A stretch of DNA of 63,930 nt, counting the filler, from Octopus bimaculoides (lineage: Eukaryota), in assembly GCF_001194135.2 (NCBI RefSeq). It is 9 parts of 7 records of this genome, joined end to end, with 100 filler letters (N's around TTAATTAATTAA, not from the genome) between each part and the next. Parts side by side here need not be neighbours in the genome. Positions count along the whole stretch, not along the records: positions 26,591 to 37,686 come from NW_026377733.1; positions 37,787 to 45,454 come from NC_068994.1; positions 45,555 to 53,666 come from NC_068988.1; 6 more parts are not named here. The stretch is one strand, 5' to 3'. Made by a program: the position numbers and the translations under genes. Positions 36,318 through 50,653 of the stretch are shown piece by piece; the stretch's first letter is position 1; each line of letters opens with the position of its first letter. Below the pieces are notes generated by a model. It saw nothing but the letters and a program-made list of their open reading frames with translations. It did not search any database and was not told where the DNA came from.

Positions 36318-38199
36318 CAAACAATATGAGTATATGCATATATATGTACATGTATGTACATACCTTCATCTACATGTACATATAGATGCATATCTGGGTA
36401 CATGACGTTGCAATATAAAACATGGACAAAAAGATAAACAAGGTACAAAAAACACGCAGGCCACATAGAGAACATATCCTTCATCAGCTGCCACCATTAA
36501 AACACTGGCGTTTCGAAGAGTTAGGGCAGGACGCATCGTTAAAATGGCTCTTCCCACGAACACAAATTAAANNNNNNNNNNNNNNNNNNNNNNNNNNNNN
36601 NNNNNNNNNNNNNNNNNNNNNNNNNNNNNNNNNNNNNNNNNNNNNNNNNNNNNNNNNNNNNNNNNNNNNNNNNNNNNNNNNNNNNNNNNNNNNNNNNNNN
36701 NNNNNNNNNNNNNNNNNNNNNNNNNNNNNNNNNNNNNNNNNNNNNNNNNNNNNNNNNNNNNNNNNNNNNNNNNNNNNNNNNNNNNNNNNNNNNNNNNNNN
36801 NNNNNNNNNNNNNNNNNNNNNNNNNNNNNNNNNNNNNNNNNNNNNNNNNNNNNNNNNNNNNNNNNNNNNNNNNNNNNNNNNNNNNNNNNNNNNNNNNNNN
36901 NNNNNNNNNNNNNNNNNNNNNNNNNNNNNNNNNNNNNNNNNNNNNNNNNNNNNNNNNNNNNNNNNNNNNNNNNNNNNNNNNNNNTATATATATATATCCT
37001 TGTTACTTATTTTGATTTTATATATATATATATTCTTTTATTTGTTTCAGTCATTTGACTGCGATAGTTCTGGACCATCGCCTTGAAGGATTTTAGTCGA
37101 ACAACTCCATCACCACTTGTCAAGCGGTGATGGGGTGACAAATGCAGACGCATTGACACACGCACATACATACATACATACATACATACATACATACATA
37201 CATACATACATACGTACATAGACACACACACACTCAGACAGACACACACACACACACACACATACACACGCACACACACACACATAAATATATACGGCAA
37301 TAAGAAAATGGAGGCGATCAAGATGTGGTATTCAACAATTTTAGACATTATATTATGTTTATTTATTTATTTAAAAAAAATATATAACAATATACATACA
37401 TGTATGACATATTATGCTTTACATGTATAAAAGTACCAGTAATTATTAAAATATATAAGGTACAACATAGAAAGTAGAATATCTAATTACAGCTGTTTCA
37501 GCCAAGAGGTCATAGTACCCCACTTTACTTCAATACCTTCAGTGAACTGAAGTATTTGGTAGATAAGTTTCAGGTACTTGTGTGTGCCTCTGTGCTTCGT
37601 CAGAGAGTTAAGAAAGTTCATAAGGTTGTTATAAAAAAATACATACATATATACACATTTTTACATATACATACATATACATAAATNNNNNNNNNNNNNN
37701 NNNNNNNNNNNNNNNNNNNNNNNNNNNNNNTTAATTAATTAANNNNNNNNNNNNNNNNNNNNNNNNNNNNNNNNNNNNNNNNNNNNGATAATGACATAAT
37801 TATCTCGTGCTACGGATGAAAGCAAAGCAACAGTTAAGGAGTGGCATATTTTACCACGACAGACACGTACACAGCATCGAATACCACGATGTGAGTGAAA
37901 GCTGCTTTCACTGTATTGTCCGGTGTCTGGTAATCCCTTCGATACCGACATCAAACCAAAAAAAGAATCCTGACCACAGAGTGTGGGTAATTATGTCACT
38001 GGCAATGTGCATTCAGCTGATTGCAACTGTTAAAGCAAGTCACTGAGCATGCGTACATGTCATACGGGAGAGTTCCAATCAGGGGTGGATAACACCTTAT
38101 AGGAAAGCCCTATAATGGAATATGCACTTATAATCTGAAGTATTCAACCTGTAACGATCCAGTTTTTTTTAATGACTTTATTATCTAATATGTTATTTT

Positions 38200-39090
38200 T
38201 TCTAATTTAAGACGACATGGTTCTGTTCGTTTAAGGCAGGAGAGGATGATTTGAGGAAGATCAACTTGGAACATCAGTAGAATCTATCTAAGAAGAGATA
38301 AAGAAGATAGTTTTGAGATCAGTGCAGACAGCCTTTGAATGTCGTATAGATCTTTCTGACATCAATGGCTAAACAGCAGCATCAAAAATAAATATATAAA
38401 TTATTGCTGAAAAGCGAAGAGAACAAAGTCGGCAGAGAGATCCTCGGGAAGTACTAGTTTGCTCTCGTACAACCTCAAAATTGCTGGACCAACATACCTT
38501 AAAGAAAACCTGGATATGAAATGCTCAATTTACCCCACGACCAAAATACTATGCATGAGCATGCTTCCCGAAGACTTAAAGATGGATGCGTGACTGCTGC
38601 ATCACACTTCGAAAGCTATGCTTTTGAAATCAGAGTGCAAGAGATTGCTACAAAATACTTGAAAAACAAGAGACAGAGAAGCCATTGGAGCTCCTAAATA
38701 CAACCAACCATACCGATTATGTCAAATCTTTGTGGAAAACATCATACGAAATCTACAGCTGTCTAAAAATATCACCATGGTATCACCTCCCGATACAACG
38801 TGACGTTGTCGCTAAAACAAAGCACAAAGTCATCCCCCATTTTCTATTTTTATCTTAGGACAAATATGGAGAATCCTTTTATTGAATACATACATAAACA
38901 TCACCTCCAGGAATATTGGTGGAACATTCTTGTCGAAGCTTCTACCAAATGCAAACACACGCATTTGGAACACGCATTTGGAACAGGCAAGAAAAAGTAT
39001 GTGCCGTTATAAAGATCTGCAAGATTAGATTAGACCTAAGGGTATCATGCGTGCATAGGTTTCTGTAAGAAGTCTATGAAACTTTAAGTC
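38200..39090 (+). mobile_element. R4/NeSL-like RLE LINE fragment, decayed
   Basis: SHFESYAFEIRVQEIATKYLKNKR, RLCQ.FVENI, YWWNI and terminal IRPK.IM.A..GS; frameshifted. Confidence 0.65.
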
Positions 39091-39218
39091 GCATAGTGCC
39101 GAATCAAACCGTTTTAAATAATATATATAACTCTCATTAATCTGTTGAGTGTCTTTTTCTTTCGTGTGCCCACTCACTCTAACACATACACACACACACA
39201 TACATAAATGCATACACG

Positions 39219-39297
<79 letters not shown>

Positions 39298-39847
39298 AAT
39301 GAATACATGTTAAAGCAATAGATTGGCGGAACAGTAAGAACGCCAGGCAAATACTTGACTGAACCTGATTGGGGATATCTGAAAACTACAAAAATTAGTG
39401 GGTGGCTGGAAGTATAGCTGTGGCATGTGCCTTGCTGTACTAAATGTGCTTGTCTAGTTGTAATGGATGTTTGTCAAGCTGCTATAATGAATATGCCTTG
39501 TATAGGGGTTGAATCGAGATGTTGTGCATGGATGGTTGCAGTTGTTAAACAAGAATTTGGATCCTCGCATATCCGAATTATATTATAATTAGATAGTTTT
39601 CATTCTAAATAAAATTAGAACAAAGCGCTGTGTCTGTGTGTGAGAGAGAGTTTAATTATTTGTGCAAGTATGTGTGTGCGCTTAGGATGGTTTCAGTTTA
39701 CTTTATATTGCGGATGTGAAGGAGTGATTAGTGACCTAGATTAGTTCATGATGATCCTTGTTTCTATATTATTTTTATACATTATTGTATATATGTGTAT
39801 ACATTTTTTCTATATATTATTACTGTTTGTTTGTTTGTGTGTGTGTG

Positions 39848-39916
<69 letters not shown>

Positions 39917-40124
39917 GAGAGAGAGTGTGTGTATACATAGGATTGTGGTGAGTTTCATCGTCTCATCTAACATCAATCCAATGAAAACGCGCAGAGTGTC
40001 AACAATTATGTTGAAATTGAAAACTACACTTTGGTTATATATTTTCACATTCGGTGAAATCATTCCACTAAGTTTCTGGACAGTAATCTACATTGTTCAG
40101 GCCAGCCGTTAGGTATATGAACCC

Positions 40125-40435
40125 GCTCAGTGTAGTTCAGTCTCAGACCACACTCCACCAATCAGTTCACCTAACTGTCTGTAATAGATACTAGATCAAC
40201 GTGGTTCAGACTTAGACCACAGCCCATCAATCTGTCCCCCTAATTGTCAGATCAATGTGGTTTATTTTAAGACTATAATCTACCAATCAGTCTATTTAGC
40301 AGTCAGTAATAGGTATCCGGTCAATGTGGTTCGGTTTTCGACCACAGCCATCACTCAGTCCACCGCGGTATCAGTAATAGTTACCAGAACAATGTAATTT
40401 ATTTTCAGACTGTAGTTATCCAGTCAGACTCCAGG
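40125..40435 (+). repeat. Degenerate minisatellite, about 56-69 bp unit, about 5 copies
   Basis: Recurring CAA(T/C)GT(G/A)(G/A)TT....AGAC...(C)AATCAGT...TCAGTAATAG. Confidence 0.75.
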
Positions 40436-41232
40436 CATTCCTTGTTTCTATACTTGTTAAGAATATCTTTTAGTGGAAACATGAGAACTAGGTCTCTTTC
40501 AACAACACCAGTACTCAATCACTACATATATCACAGAAGTAATAGTATTGTATTAATACTTCACCCGCTTTTAAGAATATTAATTACATCACTGGCACTC
40601 TCACTGTCTCAACACATGTTAGACTTTGTCACACTCTCTTATGGCCTCTAATGATGACACAGCTGGTATAACATCATAACTAAAACTGCATTACAAACAT
40701 TATGATTCCACATAAACAAGTAAACATACAACAATTCTGATCCTTTGCTGATTCAACAAAACTCAAGTAAATACCTCACTGAATTTATTGTTTTATCTTG
40801 TACTTGTTTCAGTCTTTAGACTATGCCCATGCCAGGGTACGCATTGAAGGGTTTTAGTCGAACAAATGGACCCCAGTTCTTGCTTTCTTTTTAAGTCTGG
40901 CAATTAAAGTAGTGGTTACTTTTGACGAACTGGCAAGTCACTTGGACGTAAACAAACCAACATTGATTGTCGAGTGAAGCATCAAACGCAAACACAAGGA
41001 CACACATACATAATGTTCATATGGTTAAATGAATACATACATACATACATACATACATACATACACACACACACATACATACATACTGTTCTGTTTTTAC
41101 CATTTTGATTTTGATTTTGTCTTGAGTTCAAAAAACGAACGAAAACGTTAATAAAGAATTATCCAAAATTCTGACTGCCTCCTTTTTCTCAGTAAACAAT
41201 ATTGAGAAAACCACTTTAAACACACACGCACG

Positions 41233-41305
<73 letters not shown>

Positions 41306-42143
41306 NNNNNNNNNNNNNNNNNNNNNNNNNNNNNNNNNNNNNNNNNNNNNNNNNNNNNNNNNNNNNNNNNNNNNNNNNNNNNNNNNNNNNNNNNNNNNNN
41401 NNNNNNNNNNNNNNNNNNNNNNNNNNNNNNNNNNNNNNNNNNNNNNNNNNNNNNNNNNNNNNNNNNNNNNNNNNNNNNNNNNNNNNNNNNNNNNNNNNNN
41501 NNNNNNNNNNNNNNNNNNNNNNNNNNNNNNNNNNNNNNNNNNNNNNNNNNNNNNNNNNNNNNNNNNNNNNNNNNNNNNNNNNNNNNNNNNNNNNNNNNNN
41601 NNNNNNNNNNNNNNNNNNNNNNNNNNNNNNNNNNNNNNNNNNNNNNNNNNNNNNNNNNNNNNNNNNNNNNNNNNNNNNNNNNNNNNNNNNNNNNNNNNNN
41701 NNNNNNNNNNNNNNNNNNNNNNNNNNNNNNNNNNNNNNNNNNNNNNNNNNNNNNNNNNNNNNNNNNNNNNNNNNNNNNNNNNNNNNNNNNNNNNNNNNNN
41801 NNNNNNNNNNNNNNNNNNNNNNNNNNNNNNNNNNNNNNNNNNNNNNNNNNNNNNNNNNNNNNNNNNNNNNNNNNNNNNNNNNNNNNNNNNNNNNNNNNNN
41901 NNNNNNNNNNNNNNNNNNNNNNNNNNNNNNNNNNNNNNNNNNNNNNNNNNNNNNNNNNNNNNNNNNNNNNNNNNNNNNNNNNNNNNNNNNNNNNNNNNNN
42001 NNNNNNNNNNNNNNNNNNNNNNNNNNNNNNNNNNNNNNNNNNNNNNNNNNNNNNNNNNNNNNNNNNNNNNNNNNNNNNNNNNNNNNNNNNNNNNNNNNNN
42101 NNNNNNNNNNNNNNNNNNNNNNNNNNNNNNNNNNNNNNNNNNN

Positions 42144-42306
42144 CATACTCACCAGACCTCTTGCCTATCGCTATCACTTTTTCAAGCATCTCGAAAAACT
42201 TCCTGCGTGAGAAATGCTTCAAAAACCAAGACGACGCCAAATACGCCTTCAACGATTTCATCGCCACCAGAACGCAGGATTTTAACGTTACTGGCATAAA
42301 TAAACT
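42144..42306 (+). mobile_element. Mariner transposase C-terminal fragment (Hsmar1/cecropia-like)
   Basis: YSPDL..., then frameshifted YHFFKHLE.FLREKCFKNQDDAKYAFNDFIATRTQDF..TGINKL. Confidence 0.85.
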
Positions 42307-42809
42307 TCAGAGTAGAAGCTGATGAAAAACGGTATTCGGCTCTCTATACTGGGGGGTGGGGGTGAACCTACGGCAAATGAAAGTCATTAATCACTGTCTT
42401 CTTTTGTATAAGGAATGAAGAAAACTCATTAAGTATTGTATAATGCAAGCTTATCTCTCTATGATTGCAAGTGAAACATTCCCAACCTTCTCTCATCTAA
42501 TACTCTTTCTTTAAATAATTCAAACAATTTCTTACATCGACCATTGTAAATCGCAGCCAAACTTCCTTCAAATCACACAATATCAGCCAACATTAGGAAA
42601 GTACTCACTGGACAATGTAGTTTTTTTTATATATAAGAAGGGACGACAATACACATTCAGACATATACATACGTACAAATATGTATGTGTATGTATGTAT
42701 GTATGTATGTATGGTCGTATATGAACGTCTAAACACATATATACAGATACATGCATACTTAAATAGTTACACACATACGCATATCAAAGGATACACACAC
42801 ACACACATA

Positions 42810-42860
<51 letters not shown>

Positions 42861-43329
42861 GTATCTATCTATCTATCTATCATGTATATTTGTGTGTATA
42901 TGCATGTATGAGAAAAAGAGGGGGGAGGGAGATGAGAATGGTATGTGAGAAAGGAAAAGAGATTGTGAGAGACAAAGACAGGGACAGAGAGAGAAGAGGG
43001 GTGAAAGAGAAACACAGAATGAAAGGAGACGAAAAGAGGTTTGTAAAAAAGAACTATGATAATGTTTTAATTTCACAGAGAATTATAAAGTATTATTCCC
43101 AGGCCCTACCTAAATAGATTGTCATTTAGTTGTTTATTCAGTTTATTCAACATTCAATTGAAATGACTAATCCTGGTGATTAAATTGATAATTAAAGAAG
43201 GACGTAAGAGGAACATGGTAAAAATAGACAAAGAGACAAAAATATGGCTGTATGGTCAAGAAACAGCCATATTGTGTCGTCCATCATGATGTCCCGTAAA
43301 TTAGTCCCATTCACTTATATTCGTTTCTA

Positions 43330-43497
43330 CTCAAGGCACAAGGCCCAGTACACAACTGGTACTCAATTTATCGACCCCGAAAGGACGAAAGGCAAAGTTG
43401 ACCCTTTGGCAGAATTTGAACTCAGAACGTAAAGACAGACCAAATATCGCTAAGCATTTCGCCCGGAGTGCTAACGTTTCTGCCAGACCGCCGCCTT
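43330..43497 (-). mobile_element. SINE family B
   Basis: Reverse complement of the family B head and body. Confidence 0.8.
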
Positions 43498-43546
43498 TCG
43501 TTCATTTCTCTTTGTTAGTTCAAATATTGCTGATGTTTATGCAGAC

Positions 43547-44596
43547 CAGTGACGGCTCGTAGATAAAATTACTAGGGGGTGCTGCGNNNNNNNNNNNNNN
43601 NNNNNNNNNNNNNNNNNNNNNNNNNNNNNNNNNNNNNNNNNNNNNNNNNNNNNNNNNNNNNNNNNNNNNNNNNNNNNNNNNNNNNNNNNNNNNNNNNNNN
43701 NNNNNNNNNNNNNNNNNNNNNNNNNNNNNNNNNNNNNNNNNNNNNNNNNNNNNNNNNNNNNNNNNNNNNNNNNNNNNNNNNNNNNNNNNNNNNNNNNNNN
43801 NNNNNNNNNNNNNNNNNNNNNNNNNNNNNNNNNNNNNNNNNNNNNNNNNNNNNNNNNNNNNNNNNNNNNNNNNNNNNNNNNNNNNNNNNNNNNNNNNNNN
43901 NNNNNNNNNNNNNNNNNNNNNNNNNNNNNNNNNNNNNNNNNNNNNNNNNNNNNNNNNNNNNNNNNNNNNNNNNNNNNNNNNNNNNNNNNNNNNNNNNNNN
44001 NNNNNNNNNNNNNNNNNNNNNNNNNNNNNNNNNNNNNNNNNNNNNNNNNNNNNNNNNNNNNNNNNNNNNNNNNNNNNNNNNNNNNNNNNNNNNNNNNNNN
44101 NNNNNNNNNNNNNNNNNNNNNNNNNNNNNNNNNNNNNTGCTTCAGAAAATTTTTAGCCGTTGTTTTAATATTGTGTAAAAGGAAACAAACATATGAAAAG
44201 AAAATTTATACACAAACTTGATCGGTTCGCATTTTAGCCACTGCCGTGCAGTGTGTTTAATTCATCACATTTAAGAAACACTACCTTCCGCCGGAACACC
44301 GGGGTCGGCACTGTCGTTCATGCAGTGCTCTCTCCTTCGGACATGTGAGCATGCGCACAACAGCCAAGCACCGAGTCGCTAGAACTGAGAAGCGCATGTG
44401 AAGTGCACAGTTCTATACAAGGATTTTTGTATTTTTTTCATAAACTGGGGGATGGCTACTGACATTAAACTTAACGATTATATAATGTACAAGTATAAAG
44501 AAAAAATAAAAGTAAAAAGACTCATTATATGGAATGTTATCGAATGGAAATAGGGGGTGCTGCAGTTCCGCAGTGCCTATATACGAGCCGCTACTG
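43547..44596. mobile_element. Non-autonomous hAT DNA transposon (spans a gap)
   Basis: TIRs CAGTGACGGCTCGTAGATA and revcomp CAGTAGCGGCTCGTATATA; 8-bp TSD ATGCAGAC (43539-43546) / ATGCAGGC (44597-44604). Confidence 0.85.
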
Positions 44597-45139
44597 ATGC
44601 AGGCTATGTTCGAGAGCGTAACATTATTCGAGTATTTTGGATATTTACTTGGTGATTCTTTTATCACTACTTTGGCGAGTATGGTGATGTTTTATGCTTT
44701 GATGGGGAAGTATAATAAAGAAACACGCCTGAAGTTGTTTTCCGTAATTACCAAAAGACCCATTAGTAGAATCGTTTAAGAGTTGGACAAAATTCCTATT
44801 GTTATGTAGGTACGCCACTGTACTGTTCAAATCCTGCAGAGGTCAACTTTGCTTTTCATCCCCACGAAGCCGATAAAATAAAATACTAGAACCGATCTAA
44901 TTGATATCGCCTCTCTCCAAATTTCAGGTATTGGTGTCTAAATTAAAAACAATCAATATTGTTATTGGCAGAATGTTGGACAGAATGTTGGACAGAATGT
45001 CTATACGTTCTAATTTCACATCTCTCCGAGGTTAACTTTATTTTTCATCTTTCCGGGTTCCATTTAACATTGTACCAGTCAAGGCCTGGTATTAATCGTA
45101 TCGATTATTTATGTCTCCCCAAAACATGAGATCTTGTGC

Positions 45140-45454
45140 CACCTGACAGAATCGTTAGCATTCCGGGCGAAATGCTTCGCGGTATTTCGTCTGCTTTTAC
45201 ATTTTGAGTTCAAATTCCGCCGAGGTCGACTTTGCCTTTCATCCTTTCGAGGTCGATAAATTAAGTACCAGTTGCGTACTGGGGTTGATGTAATCGACTA
45301 GCCCCCTCCCCCAAAATTCGGGCCTTGTGCCTAGAGTAGAAAAGTATATCATTTTCGTTTAAGGCGGCGAGCTGGCAGAAACGTTAGTCCATCGGGCGAA
45401 ATGCTTAGCGGTATTTTGTCTGTCTTTACGTTCTGAGTTCAAATTCCGCCGAGG
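45140..45454 (+). mobile_element. Two tandem SINE family B copies
   Basis: 45140-45345 and 45360-45454 (second cut by a gap), both matching 33305-33538. Confidence 0.85.
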
Positions 45455-45690
45455 NNNNNNNNNNNNNNNNNNNNNNNNNNNNNNNNNNNNNNNNNNNNTT
45501 AATTAATTAANNNNNNNNNNNNNNNNNNNNNNNNNNNNNNNNNNNNNNNNNNNNATATATATATATATATATATATATATAAGCATGCATAAATACACAC
45601 ACACACGTATACATATTTATGTGCGTGTTAGTGTACATGTAAGTATATTTCCACTGTTGTTTGCTGACTGTCCTACGATACATGTGTATC

Positions 45691-45752
<62 letters not shown>

Positions 45753-47128
45753 TCAGCTTCAAGTCCGTTCTGGTCAAACTTTTCTCTTATCAAAGACAAG
45801 CCACCCGCTACCATCCTGCATTTTATTCAGACTGTTGTTCCTCCAGCTTAGGAATATAGAGTATAGTTTGTGAGCAATTTAGTTACTATTTCTAGCTGTT
45901 TGAGCGACCATTCAGTGACCCTGTTGTATATTCTGCCTTCATGTCTAAGCTTAGTGTAACATAGTAAAATATATATCCGGTTATATTTCTATTTACAACA
46001 GTTAGCTTAATGCACCAATCTACATATCGCATTGTTGCGTATTGAATGCAGGCACAATAACATGTTGAACTTTTAGCAAACTAATTCTGTGATGAAAGGT
46101 TCAAATCTTTGTATCATTTATGATGCACTTTGTGTGCGTGATTTTTAGTTGTGGCCACGATTAGCTCATAATTGACTCCAACTTGCGAATAGTCCTCGCT
46201 GTTAACCCAACAACTTACGAAGGTAGCAATGAATATATTTTTTTACCATTGTGACGTCTTGTGTCCAGTCATTAATCCTCTGTACTCTATTAAAATATAG
46301 TCCAATGAGAAGCACTTTTATACATTGCGGCGACAGATGTTGTTCGGCTTAATGAACGCTTTACATTTTAACAAATATTAAAAAAGTTAAAGAATTATAT
46401 GGTTGATTTACGTGTTATCCTACATTTATAAGAAGTATATGTTGATATAATCACCCAGGTATATTTATCACAAAATATTCTCAAAGATTTGTGAACAACA
46501 TTGTATAAAAAAAAAACAAGGTGCTGTAAAAACATTTTTAATCGGTTCTTGACATATTGATTTTAACAATGTCACAGTCATGCATTTTAGTGGAATTGTA
46601 CAGCTGTTCAAATCGCCCCCAGTATTTCATGTTAAGGACCACAAAAAAATGAAACGCAAAATGCATCTCAGACAGCTTTGAGCTCAGAACGTAACTTCTG
46701 CGAGGCAACCTAAGGATTCCGCCAGTAAAGAGATTTTGAAATCTTTAAACGTAACCCTCGTGTCCAAGAGTTGAAGTAACTGTAAAAACAATTTATTTTC
46801 TGTTTTTGAAACTATCAATAGAATTGAACTAGAAACGTTATTGATAGATATGATTAAAACATGACATTCTTAAAAAAACATAATACCGTCGTCTCATTAC
46901 TTCTATCTGCACTACAGTTTCGCTGTCTAGCTCCCTACAGTTATCCTCTCAAGAACCTTCTCATCGACTTCAAAGCTCACGAGTCCTGCAAGCATTTAGT
47001 CAGGACTTTTATCACCTTATATACTCCGATCAATCAATATTTAGACATGATACCTTTCCTGACACTGACCGTTGTATACTGCATAGATATTTCTGTCTCA
47101 TATCACCCAATCGTCACATGGACGAAGG

Positions 47129-47160
<32 letters not shown>

Positions 47161-47202
47161 TGTATGTATGTATGTATGTATGTATGTATGTATGCATGCA
47201 TG

Positions 47203-48121
47203 TATTTGGTATTAAAAAGTTCACGGGCTAGTTATGTTTAATAAAAATAACTTATTTCGCTTAGTTTCAACATCATTTCCCTCGAAATAGTCACCTTGCA
47301 CAGCAATACACCAGTCCCAGCGCGCCTGCCGCTTTTGGAATTCGGCCTAAAAGTTGTTTTGCGTGAGCGAGTCGAAAACCTTCTGCAATTCGCTCTGGAT
47401 CTCGACAACAGTGTTAAAACGGTTACTTTCGAGCTGATTTTCATGTTGAGAAAGAGATAGAATCCCGCAAGTGCTAACTCTGGCAAATAGCTTGGGTGCT
47501 GAAGTGATACCATCTCTTTTTCTGTCGTGAAACTCAGAAATGAGGAGATCTCGGTGACAAGGTGCATTACCATCGTGAAGAATCCATTTCTTCGCTCACC
47601 GCAGATGCGGTCGCTTTCGCCGAATGTCCTCTCTCAAACGCATCAAAACGTCACAGTAGAACTGTCGATTGGCGGTTTGGTCCTTTGGGAAGAATTCTCG
47701 ATGCATAATACCACAGATATCGAAAAATACTGATGAGCTTGCTCTTGATTGAGCTGCTACACTGTCGTGCAATTTAAAGCACCCGTACCACTCGAAATAT
47801 TGTGTTGGTCCCATCGCCTCCCACGCCGTAAGTTTGCCGAAGTATGCTCAATATCTCAGTAGCAGACCTCCCAAGTTTAACGCAAAATTTCACGTTGGCT
47901 CTTTCCTCCAACTACTTGTCCATGACAAAAAAAAAAAACGCAAACTATAACATGCACATGATCACAAAATCACAAATTTCACAACTTGCGAAGTAAACAC
48001 AGCAATGTCACTCAGCACACTGCCTCATGAAGGTCACCGCTAGCTCTCACTGCGCATGCATCCGTGAGTTGCCATCTATTGACACGCTACAGAATTAGTC
48101 CGGAAACCTATTGATACTACG
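47203..48121 (-). mobile_element. Internally deleted mariner element with both diverged TIRs
   Basis: Minus strand FFDICGIMHREF.PK.QT.NRQFYCDVLMRLREDIRRKRP and QHPSYLPELA..FYLF (YSPDLAP motif). The TIRs of about 30 bp are roughly 70% alike, with TA at the ends. Confidence 0.88.
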
Positions 48122-48529
48122 TCGTATGTGCGTGTGTACGGATGTGTTTATATGNNNNNNNNNNNNNNNNNNNNNNNNNNNNNNNNNNNNNNNNNNNNNN
48201 NNNNNNNNNNNNNNNNNNNNNNNNNNNNNNNNNNNNNNNNNNNNNNNNNNNNNNNNNNNNNNNNNNNNNNNNNNNNNNNNNNNNNNNNNNNNNNNNNNNN
48301 NNNNNNNNNNNNNNNNNNNNNNNNNNNNNNNNNNNNNNNNNNNNNNNNNNNNNNNNNNNNNNNNNNNNNNNNNNNNNNNNNNNNNNNNNNNNNNNNNNNN
48401 NNNNNNNNNNNNNNNNNNNNNNNNNNNNNNNNNNNNNNNNNNNNNNNNNNNNNNNNNNNNNNNNNNNNNNNNNNNNNNNNNNNNNNNNNNNNNNNNNNNN
48501 NNNNNNNNNNNNNNNNNNNNNNNNNNTAC

Positions 48530-48566
<37 letters not shown>

Positions 48567-48875
48567 TATATATATATAGATACATGTATGTATATATACG
48601 TATATAAGTATGTATGTACACATACATTCAGAAACACTCATACACACACATACACACACCCATACTCACTTAAACACACTCACTCACACATATATGAATA
48701 TATATATGCATGTATATGTATATAAAGTAATACGTACAAATATAGATAGATAGAATGACGAAGAGAAAGACGTACATACAGACGGGTGGCTGTAATATTA
48801 AACTTGGCAGTCTCTCGGGCCGGAGATTTATGCCAACCAGATTTAAATTCTATGGACGTTCATACAACTTCACAG

Positions 48876-48979
48876 GTTAATGCAAGATCTACAGCACTGT
48901 TAACAGACCGGGTCATGTTTGATTGGCAGGATAAGAAGCCCTGTATTGCGCATGCTGATTTCTATGTTCACATTTATCG
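48876..48979 (+). other. Weak candidate exon, VNARSTALLTDRVMFDWQDKKPCIAHADFYVHIY
   Basis: CACAG acceptor with a poor pyrimidine tract, one open frame and a good CG|GTGAGT donor; no recognised homology. Confidence 0.2.
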
Positions 48980-50587
48980 GTGAGTCTTTCTCTACATCTG
49001 TTGAAGTGTTGGTCTTCATCATATATCATTCGTCTCTATTTGCATTAGCTATTTAGAAAATGTCCCGCGTTTTATATATTAATGTTATGTATTTTCAATC
49101 GTTTTCCTTAAAGTAGATTCCGATATGCACATTCGTTCATTGTACTGGGTGTAAAGGAGTTTGCGCAATCGATAACCTGGCAATCTCACGATGTATTCAA
49201 CCCATCTAGAATATATAGAATAACTATGGCTTTAAATTTGGAGATATTGGTCGGTTGAATCACGCTGACATTCCTTTGTTTATTCTGACTGCAAGACATG
49301 TAATACGGAAGAAAAAAAAGATACTTTTGGACCTGAATAAATATGTGGACAATGCAGACACTTCATCAAGTATATATTCTTTTAATTAATTGAAAATATA
49401 CATGGCCAATTTTTACAAGTTATAAATGATTTTTATTCTACTAATTTCACTTTAACCTTTCTCCATTTCTCCAGTTCATTATATTACCACTCTTTAATAT
49501 TTTATCTAAGAATTGTGAGTAACTCTGCATAAGTAAAATATGAATAAGCTAGTTTAAACAAACCATAAAAATAGACTCTTATATACATTATTTCTTTTCT
49601 CAATATTAAACAATTACCACAGTATTGGCTATACAATCCTGAGATAAAAGACAAAAGTAGAACAATCGTTCAAAAACAAAGAGGAAAATTCTAACAAAAA
49701 CAGTAAAGGCGTATTAAAGTGTGTTCTTAACCTCTCTGCAATGATATAATTAATAGTGGCAGAGTTTGCCTAAGATTTTCTCCGTTTTTATTATTGGGTT
49801 ATAGCTAATGGTTTTGCTCATGCTTTTAAGATATCCAGTATCATTTGTGGACATTGTTACAATAAAATAATTATGGCCAGTATATTTATGGTCTGAGATG
49901 TAAGCTTTGGGCAAGCTTATTGCATGACCTGCCATCGGAACCAAGTCAGAGGCAATTCTCTTTATTCAACCATGATGTACACTGGCATCCACACACACAC
50001 ACACACACACACAACTACAAACATACACACACAGTGAAAGGCACACATGTGCATATACATACATGCACCTAAAAATACATATACACAAAGAGTATTTTGC
50101 TGATCGCAATCATGGGACAACAATCATACCGGGGCACTACGTATTCAAAGGATTATGCACTGTTATAGCGGCAACAATACTAAGTCTTGCGCTCATTTTA
50201 TCGATCAGTATATATTAAGAGGAAAAAGAAATATTTGAAGAAATTAATACCGTTAGATATCAAAATCTACTTGCATTGGTAACTACGGAGAGCGAAGCAT
50301 AGCAGCATGGCAGGCCTTACCACACTCCCATTGCAAGCACTTTTACTCTCAAGGTCCAGCGGGTTCGATATAGAGAAGAATGTAAAGGCTAAATGAATGT
50401 ACGCTTATTCCACATAATCATGACTGTACAACAAACAGGCAAGATGTTCCTTACAGAATGATGCACGTTAACCACCGTGTCTTTTGAGAGACAGGAGCCA
50501 TAACATTGGAAACATGACAAATTCATACAAGTAAACAATCTTCATTAAACAAAGATCCTTTGATACTATCCTGTAACAATTACATAG

Positions 50588-50653
<66 letters not shown>

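Noticed and set aside
36440-36560. Hammerhead on the minus strand (CTGATGAAGG and TTCGAAACG both present)
   Set aside because: The motifs cannot be assembled into a topology with stems I-III, and the gap at 36572 hides upstream sequence.
44534-44779. 81-aa ORF with a hydrophobic stretch
   Set aside because: It starts inside the hAT MITE terminus and crosses its TSD, so it is a chance frame.
46941-47127. Plus-strand exon candidate (two open frames, AG...GT)
   Set aside because: The donor GTATAT is just the start of a (TATG)n tract, the peptide is unrecognised and it conflicts in strand with the better exon candidate.
50453-50570. Minus-strand exon candidate with ACAG acceptor and GTAAGG donor
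   Set aside because: All three frames contain a stop before the donor.
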